A stretch of DNA of 64,000 bases from the NCBI GenBank assembly GCA_964399485.1, contig CAYNQS010000010.1, positions 392-64,391 on the forward strand, given 5' to 3'. The stretch comes from an uncultured Candidatus Bathyarchaeia archaeon. Its GTDB lineage: Archaea; Thermoproteota; Bathyarchaeia; Bathyarchaeales; Bathyarchaeaceae. Of this stretch, positions 59,090 through 64,000 are shown piece by piece. The translations under genes were made by a program, and so were the position numbers. Every line of letters begins with the position of its first letter. Position 1 is the first letter of the stretch. The notes under the pieces were generated by a model. The model ran no database searches, was not told where the DNA came from, and was given only the letters and a program-made list of their open reading frames with translations.

Positions 59090-59890
59090 TTATGTAAGGA
59101 GTGAGCTGAGCAGAATCCACACAATGTCACCGTAGATTAATGCAACAATTAAGCCTGCTGTGATAAAGATGAGGAGAGGCAAACCAGGTGTAGCCCACAC
59201 TCCACCCTCAGGTCTTTCCTCTTTTACGTTCTCTACTATTCTTGAGACAATCTCTTCCCGCTCCTCATCCTTCGGAAACACCAACAACTTTCTCTTCGTC
59301 TCCCCCTCCTCGTTCACATCCACATCCTCAAGAGGATACAGGTGACCCGTCTTCAACTTAGACAATTCGACCTTGTAGCCGCTGACAAGCGCCAGAATTT
59401 TGCGACCAAAAGACTCGGCCTCCAAACCATCAAAGAGGCTCCTCCTGTTTCTAGCCTTCCAGAGGATGTTACGGAGGAGCGCATAAAACACGCTAAGGGC
59501 ACCTAACAGAACGCTGTTAGTGAAGATTGTTAACGGAAATAATGGAGAAAATAAGCCTGTGGGCTGTGAAAGAAGATGACTGGGATAGACGGGTAAAGCG
59601 AGAGCAATGCACATCAGTGCCTTGGCGTCTGCCCCCCCGAAACCGCCCACATAGAAAACTGCTACAGCCAAAACCGAGGTTACAGCAAAAGACAAAACAT
59701 ATGACTGTAAAAGTTGAAGAGGCTGAGAAGAACAAAACAAAAACTGGACTCCAGTCAACGCAAGAGCTGTGGGTCCTAGGATGACCCAAACTTTGTTGCT
59801 TACTTCTCTGGTTTTCCAGTCGCTCCAAGAAGCATAAATCAGAAAACTGACACACAAAAGGACTCGGGCGCCGTCAAGTATCTGGTTCAC
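59090..59890 (-). CDS. Prepilin/prearchaellin peptidase (A24, PibD/ArlK-like)
   Basis: ASWSDWKTREV, GGADAKAL, VWATPGLPLLIFI. Confidence 0.93.
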   Translation of the reverse strand: MNQILDGARVLLCVSFLIYASWSDWKTREVSNKVWVILGPTALALTGVQFLFCSSQPLQLLQSYVLSFAVTSVLAVAVFYVGGFGGADAKALMCIALALPVYPSHLLSQPTGLFSPLFPLTIFTNSVLLGALSVFYALLRNILWKARNRRSLFDGLEAESFGRKILALVSGYKVELSKLKTGHLYPLEDVDVNEEGETKRKLLVFPKDEEREEIVSRIVENVKEERPEGGVWATPGLPLLIFITAGLIVALIYGDIVWILLSSLLT

Positions 59891-59984
59891 GCTAGATCAT
59901 CTACAGTGTATATCTTTGTAAAAATGGAGAATATAAAAATTCTAGGTTAGTTTTCTTCGGAAAGAAGGGAAAGAAAGAGGGCAG

Positions 59985-60422
59985 TTACGCCTCTTCACTG
60001 AACGGAATGCTCATTCCTTCTTCGGTGACCACTTTAAAGTAGTATCGTGTTCCACTAGTCCACGAAAGGGCGAAAGTGATTTTCAATGACGAACCTTCAC
60101 TGACAATTTGTGACGTCGGGTCGTAGGTTACTGAACTAACTGGCTGTAGATCTGAAGTTGATGTGCCTTGATAAACTTCTGCAACCTTTGCGTCGGCTGT
60201 TCCAGAATTTCTTATGGTAATGTCGACTTTGAGTCCTGAGGAGTTGTAGTATCTTATGTTTTCAGGACTTAGCACAGCTCCTGCCTGGCTTGTTGTGGAT
60301 CCTGTGAAGGTCATGACCCAAGCGTAGGTGACTATGACGGCTGCGACGGCGATGACTATCAAGAGTAGTGTGGCAAGGATTGGTGAGATTCCCTTTTTAG
60401 ATTTTAACATTCTTTTCATCAT
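59985..60422 (-). CDS. Major type IV pilin candidate
   Basis: KSKKG/ISPILATLLLIVIAVAAVIVTYAW class III signal, IRNSG; start taken at ATG 60422. Confidence 0.88.
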   Translation of the reverse strand: MMKRMLKSKKGISPILATLLLIVIAVAAVIVTYAWVMTFTGSTTSQAGAVLSPENIRYYNSSGLKVDITIRNSGTADAKVAEVYQGTSTSDLQPVSSVTYDPTSQIVSEGSSLKITFALSWTSGTRYYFKVVTEEGMSIPFSEEA

Positions 60423-60664
60423 TATTAGACTTCTCCTATGACCAGAAACTCTGAAGTCACAATATTTAACAGATATGAAACAGAAATACGTATTACCCAT
60501 AAATGTTCAATTCAGAATCCAAATATGATTTGAGGTAACAAAAACGTGACAATTTTGAATGTTTGTTAAAAAAGGTGTGCAGAACAAACATTATCGTGTA
60601 ATTACCAACCATCGTTACTTTCAATGTTTCCACCGTTTTTAGTGGCCACAATCGATGAAGAGCA

Positions 60665-61222
60665 TTATTTATCTAAAGGGTCAATCTGAGTGACTACTTC
60701 AAAAACTAGGGGGGGCGTTAGGGTTCTCTTTTCCAAGCTAACTCCAAGTAAGCTTTCTAGGAATCCGCACCAAAACTCCGAATTGCTAATGAGCGGTGTT
60801 CTGATTATCACAAACCTGTCTTTAAGGTAGAAATCACCGAAACCCTGAACACGCAACCTCTTAAAAACATCAGTCCATCTTTCACGGTTTGCAGTTTCTA
60901 TGTCAATGCTGGCTTCCAGAGAGACTTTGGTGATTTCCCCAGTCTTATATCCAACCTCTTTCCACTTCTCTTTAGGAATGTAGCTGAGAAACGTGTCAAG
61001 GAATTCGACGTTTAGGAAGGCTACGCGGCTGATGCCTATATAGTATTCTCCGGGGTATTTCCAGTCGTAGATTCGCATGCTTCGGTAAACGTCAAGCATC
61101 TTCGATATGAGGGGTTTTATTCCCGGTTCTCTCCCCTCATTTATGAGAGAATCGATATATTCCCGTTCTTCTTCATCCAAAATGATTGTGGTTCTTTTGA
61201 CTGAGCGGTCCTTTGGAGACAA
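60665..61222 (-). CDS. Putative transcription regulator (RHH-like N-terminus, V4R-like C-terminus)
   Basis: KRTTIILDEEEREYIDSL; QGFGDF and FWCGFLESLLG resemble V4R-type motifs. Confidence 0.6.
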   Translation of the reverse strand: MSPKDRSVKRTTIILDEEEREYIDSLINEGREPGIKPLISKMLDVYRSMRIYDWKYPGEYYIGISRVAFLNVEFLDTFLSYIPKEKWKEVGYKTGEITKVSLEASIDIETANRERWTDVFKRLRVQGFGDFYLKDRFVIIRTPLISNSEFWCGFLESLLGVSLEKRTLTPPLVFEVVTQIDPLDK

Positions 61223-61435
61223 TTTTTGTCCTCCCTGCTATACCTATTATGCTCTCAGGCATATTTTATATGTTACGTATTCCGTATTCAACAGTGATAT
61301 GCTAGATAGAGTTTCTGTAATCAGAATCCAGATGAAACAACATTAAGTTGGATACATAAAATTGGAATGGATGAAGCGTTCATAAACGTTATTTACTAAA
61401 TAGGGGCACAGAAAGCATCAGCAGTCAAAAGGAAG

Positions 61436-61672
61436 ATGGAACGTATGGGACCACCTCTGGTATATAAAGTGGACTTGACCGAACTTCAAGGAGAAGGGGA
61501 CTTCCCGTGTCCCAGTTGTGGAGCTATCATATCTCCTGAAGACGAAACCGAGGACGTTTACAGCATTGTCAGCACCAAAGTTGACGGTGACGAGCTAAAA
61601 GAATTGGTAATTCAATGTAACCGGTGCAAAAGCAAAATCCGATTGGTCGGATTCACTGTTCCCGAAATGTAG
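61436..61672 (+). CDS. Small zinc-finger protein
   Basis: FPCPSCG...IQCNRC. Confidence 0.75.
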   Translation: MERMGPPLVYKVDLTELQGEGDFPCPSCGAIISPEDETEDVYSIVSTKVDGDELKELVIQCNRCKSKIRLVGFTVPEM

Positions 61673-61711
61673 GGAAACACTCTTCAGTCTCGAAAACTAA
61701 CTTTTAGTCTT

Positions 61712-62302
61712 CTAACTTATTGTGACTTTAACATCATCCAAGTTGTATGTCATCTCGGTCTCCCAACGTACACTACTTCCCACAGCAACCCAAACTTCTC
61801 CGCTGGCGCCCGTATTCACAGTTGCCGTGTGGGTGTAACGTTTCCATCCTGAAACTTCGTTGGCGTGTCCAAGAACAGTAAAGTCTGCCTCAACTTCAGG
61901 ATTAGAACTTCCTGCAAAACCGACAACATCTGCTATCACATTGAAACTCTCACTTTCACTGTAAAAATCAAGAGAAACCTCAACCTGAATCTGCGTGTTT
62001 CTTTTAACTGACAGCTCTCTTTCAATCCAGACTGTGCCGTCATCCTGGCTTCCGTCAATGTATAGCTCCACAGAATATTGTCCAGATTTAACGGGAGAAG
62101 TTACCCGTGAAGCGTTCCAGTCAACAAGGGAACCTGGGTTGTTGGGGTCTGGAGGAACATCTGCGTCCCCTGTCCATCCACCAAAGTCCTCCTCAAAGCC
62201 TTCATCGTATCGGACTGGTTTGGGATAAAAATACCATCCAGCCACAACGCTGATTATAGTTAGAATTCCGATAACGATGCCCCATTTGAGACTTGACCTC
62301 AC
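61712..62302 (-). CDS. Membrane-anchored extracellular protein
   Basis: N-terminal TM, then an acidic beta-sandwich-like domain ending DDVKVTI. Confidence 0.75.
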   Translation of the reverse strand: MRSSLKWGIVIGILTIISVVAGWYFYPKPVRYDEGFEEDFGGWTGDADVPPDPNNPGSLVDWNASRVTSPVKSGQYSVELYIDGSQDDGTVWIERELSVKRNTQIQVEVSLDFYSESESFNVIADVVGFAGSSNPEVEADFTVLGHANEVSGWKRYTHTATVNTGASGEVWVAVGSSVRWETEMTYNLDDVKVTIS

Positions 62303-62392
62303 TTAGGTGAAACTCCCCGTGAACCAATAATTATGGGTCATAGATAATACTATATTTTAGAACAGCTGGGGAATCCAGAGATGTTGGTTGTT

Positions 62393-63022
62393 CTACCAGA
62401 AGCAGGGGATGTATTCTCTTGCTGAGAATTTGACCCCCAATTTTTCTGCTTGTTCTTTGACCTTTGATAGGTTCGCCTCGGGGATGGTTACGGCTGTTGC
62501 CTCTGTTTCTATGCCTTCTTCTTTAGCCTTTTTGATGAACTCCAAAACATTTTCATAGGCATCTTCCTGCGCAGGTTTGCAGACTTGGTTGTATGTTTCT
62601 TTGTCGTGGGCATTCAGGCTTACGCTCACCTTGTCTACGCCTGCCTCCTTTAGCTCCCGCACCACATCTCTTCCTCTGTTCAGTAAGTATCCTTGACCAT
62701 TGGTGTCAACCCGGACAGTCTTCCAGTGGTGCTTCTTTATCCATCGGGTTACTTCCAAAACGAGGTCCAGCCTTTCCAAGGGTTCTCCGAAGCCGCAGAA
62801 GACAACTTCGCTCCAGTTCTTTCTGTTTATAACCTTTTGCAGTTCCTCAATTACCTCTTCTGTGGTCGGCTCCTCTTCCAGCTTTAGGTTAAATTCTCGA
62901 ATGCCCTTCTTGTATCTTCTGAAACAAAAGTAGCAGCTGTTGGGGCACCTGTTGGTTACGTTCAGGTATAGGCTGCTGCCAAGCCAGTAGGCGACGCTTG
63001 GGTTTCTATTTTGGGTAGGCAT
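62393..63022 (-). CDS. Radical SAM protein, TatD-associated family
   Basis: LYLNVTNRCPNSCYFC, EVVFCGFGEP, DTNGQG, SVSLNA. Confidence 0.9.
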   Translation of the reverse strand: MPTQNRNPSVAYWLGSSLYLNVTNRCPNSCYFCFRRYKKGIREFNLKLEEEPTTEEVIEELQKVINRKNWSEVVFCGFGEPLERLDLVLEVTRWIKKHHWKTVRVDTNGQGYLLNRGRDVVRELKEAGVDKVSVSLNAHDKETYNQVCKPAQEDAYENVLEFIKKAKEEGIETEATAVTIPEANLSKVKEQAEKLGVKFSAREYIPCFW

Positions 63023-63604
63023 TTAGTTTTGGTATTCCCATTCTTCTTCTTGTGCTTTTTCCTCTTCTTCTTCAAGATCGCCTTCCCCGATGAAAGTGTA
63101 TTCTGGAAAATCATCAGTTTCGCCTTCAAGTTTTTCAACTTTCAGCCATTTTTGCTTCTTTCGTTTACCTCGAATATCGAATCCCAGCATCAGAAGATAT
63201 GGTATCAGCAAATAAACCGCTGCTAGTAATGGATTGCGGAACAGTGGAGCTAAGCCGAGGATTTGATCTAGGGCTCCGTTGCCGAGGCCGGTCGCCACGG
63301 CGTCTTGTATTACGAATGCCAAAACAGCTAATGTTAGACATAAGCCGAATTGGACAAGAACGCCTCTCTCTTTTCCTAGAAGTAACGAAGGGATTACGGA
63401 TGACAACAGGAAGATCCATGCGAAGGAGTGGATGAATACGATCATGTCTAGTCTGGAAGCCAGCCAAGCGCCGATTGGAGGCAGGTATGTGCCAATGTAT
63501 ATTGTGACTGTTGTTACTGTTGCCTCGGTGAAAAGCTGGTAGCTGGTCATCAATGTCCAGGCTACGGATATGTATAAAGGTGTTAATATGGTGGCTTTTC
63601 CCAA
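63023..63604 (-). CDS. Hypothetical membrane protein
   Basis: About four TM segments and an acidic C-terminal tail. Confidence 0.7.
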   Translation of the reverse strand: MGKATILTPLYISVAWTLMTSYQLFTEATVTTVTIYIGTYLPPIGAWLASRLDMIVFIHSFAWIFLLSSVIPSLLLGKERGVLVQFGLCLTLAVLAFVIQDAVATGLGNGALDQILGLAPLFRNPLLAAVYLLIPYLLMLGFDIRGKRKKQKWLKVEKLEGETDDFPEYTFIGEGDLEEEEEKAQEEEWEYQN

Positions 63605-63721
63605 GTGCTTTACCTATTACCCTATTAGCGTTTATTATATCTTAAGCCTTACGGTATACTAATAAGTTAAGAAAAACAGTAAACACGATATCAGGCAACA
63701 AAAAAATAGAAAAAAATTCTG

Positions 63722-63840
63722 TACGAAATTACAGACTAGCAGCGAATAGCCAATCTGCGGTGAACCATCAGGAACCCTCTGGCGAGGGCTCGCGACCTTG
63801 CGATCTTTAGCGTAGACGCTGTCGGTTGTCTGAATACGTA
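63722..63840 (-). ncRNA. Unidentified structured RNA-like element downstream of alba
   Basis: Nested stems CAGAC/GTCTG and CAGCG/CGCTG enclosing hairpins GATC-GCAA-GGTC and GAGCCCTC-GCCA-GAGGGTTC on the minus strand, followed by T-tracts. Confidence 0.5.
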
Positions 63841-63860
63841 GAAAAGGTGCTAGTTGGTGT

Positions 63861-64000
63861 CTAGCTTCGTTTCAAGGTGATTTCGATGGTGGAAATCATC
63901 CTTGAGTTGCTTTCCCCTTCTCTTGGCGGCATCTCTTCGGTTCCGATGGCGATTTTGTCTACTTTCATTTCTTTCACAAATCTGCGCCTAGCTATTTCTA
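63861..64000 (-). CDS. albA: DNA/RNA-binding protein Alba, 3' part
   Basis: Manual translation EIARRRFVKEMKVDKIAIGTEEMPPREGESNSRMISTIEITLKRS-stop. Confidence 0.88.
   Translation of the reverse strand, partial: EIARRRFVKEMKVDKIAIGTEEMPPREGESNSRMISTIEITLKRS

Noticed and set aside
49411-60422. Archaellum operon
   Set aside because: No ArlH (KaiC-like ATPase) or ArlF/G recognised; accessory genes look like pilins
63722-63840. 5S rRNA, SRP RNA, tRNA, TPP riboswitch, hammerhead or SECIS
   Set aside because: Diagnostic motifs are absent or only partial (CTGATGG rather than CTGATGA; no CCGAAC; no TTCRA T-loop); no in-frame UGA in the visible part of alba

Overview
Archaeal chromosome segment. Gene content, frequent TTG/GTG starts and gene order suggest TACK, probably Bathyarchaeia (inference). 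About 1-12.1 kb is a visibly AT-rich integrated element. It carries a small GIY-YIG ORF, a DUF2958-like protein, an Orc1/Cdc6-like ATPase, a tyrosine integrase and a defence-like cargo. The cargo is a co-oriented HerA ATPase + NurA-like nuclease + N6-adenine DNA methyltransferase operon, a divergent OLD-family nuclease, a stand-alone WYL protein and a small Mrr-like nuclease; this is the best candidate for an undescribed system. About 12.2-28.4 kb holds mixed genes: an ABC exporter, a receiver protein, Trm5/Trm112, glycosylation genes including an apparently catalytically dead sugar dehydrogenase, tRNA-Leu(GAG) with a duplicated 3' end, and a split kinase/PHP/APH trio. About 28.5-40.9 kb is the L22-to-SecY ribosomal cluster, with Hsp20 inserted and with rps3 and rpl5 sharing DNA-level repeats in long charged tails. 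About 41-49 kb has housekeeping genes, a second ABC exporter and a palindromic repeat cluster. About 49.4-60.5 kb is a complete type IV pilus locus. The window ends with the 3' part of alba followed by an unidentified structured RNA-like element. No CRISPR array or rRNA was seen. All calls come from motif recognition by eye; no searches were run.
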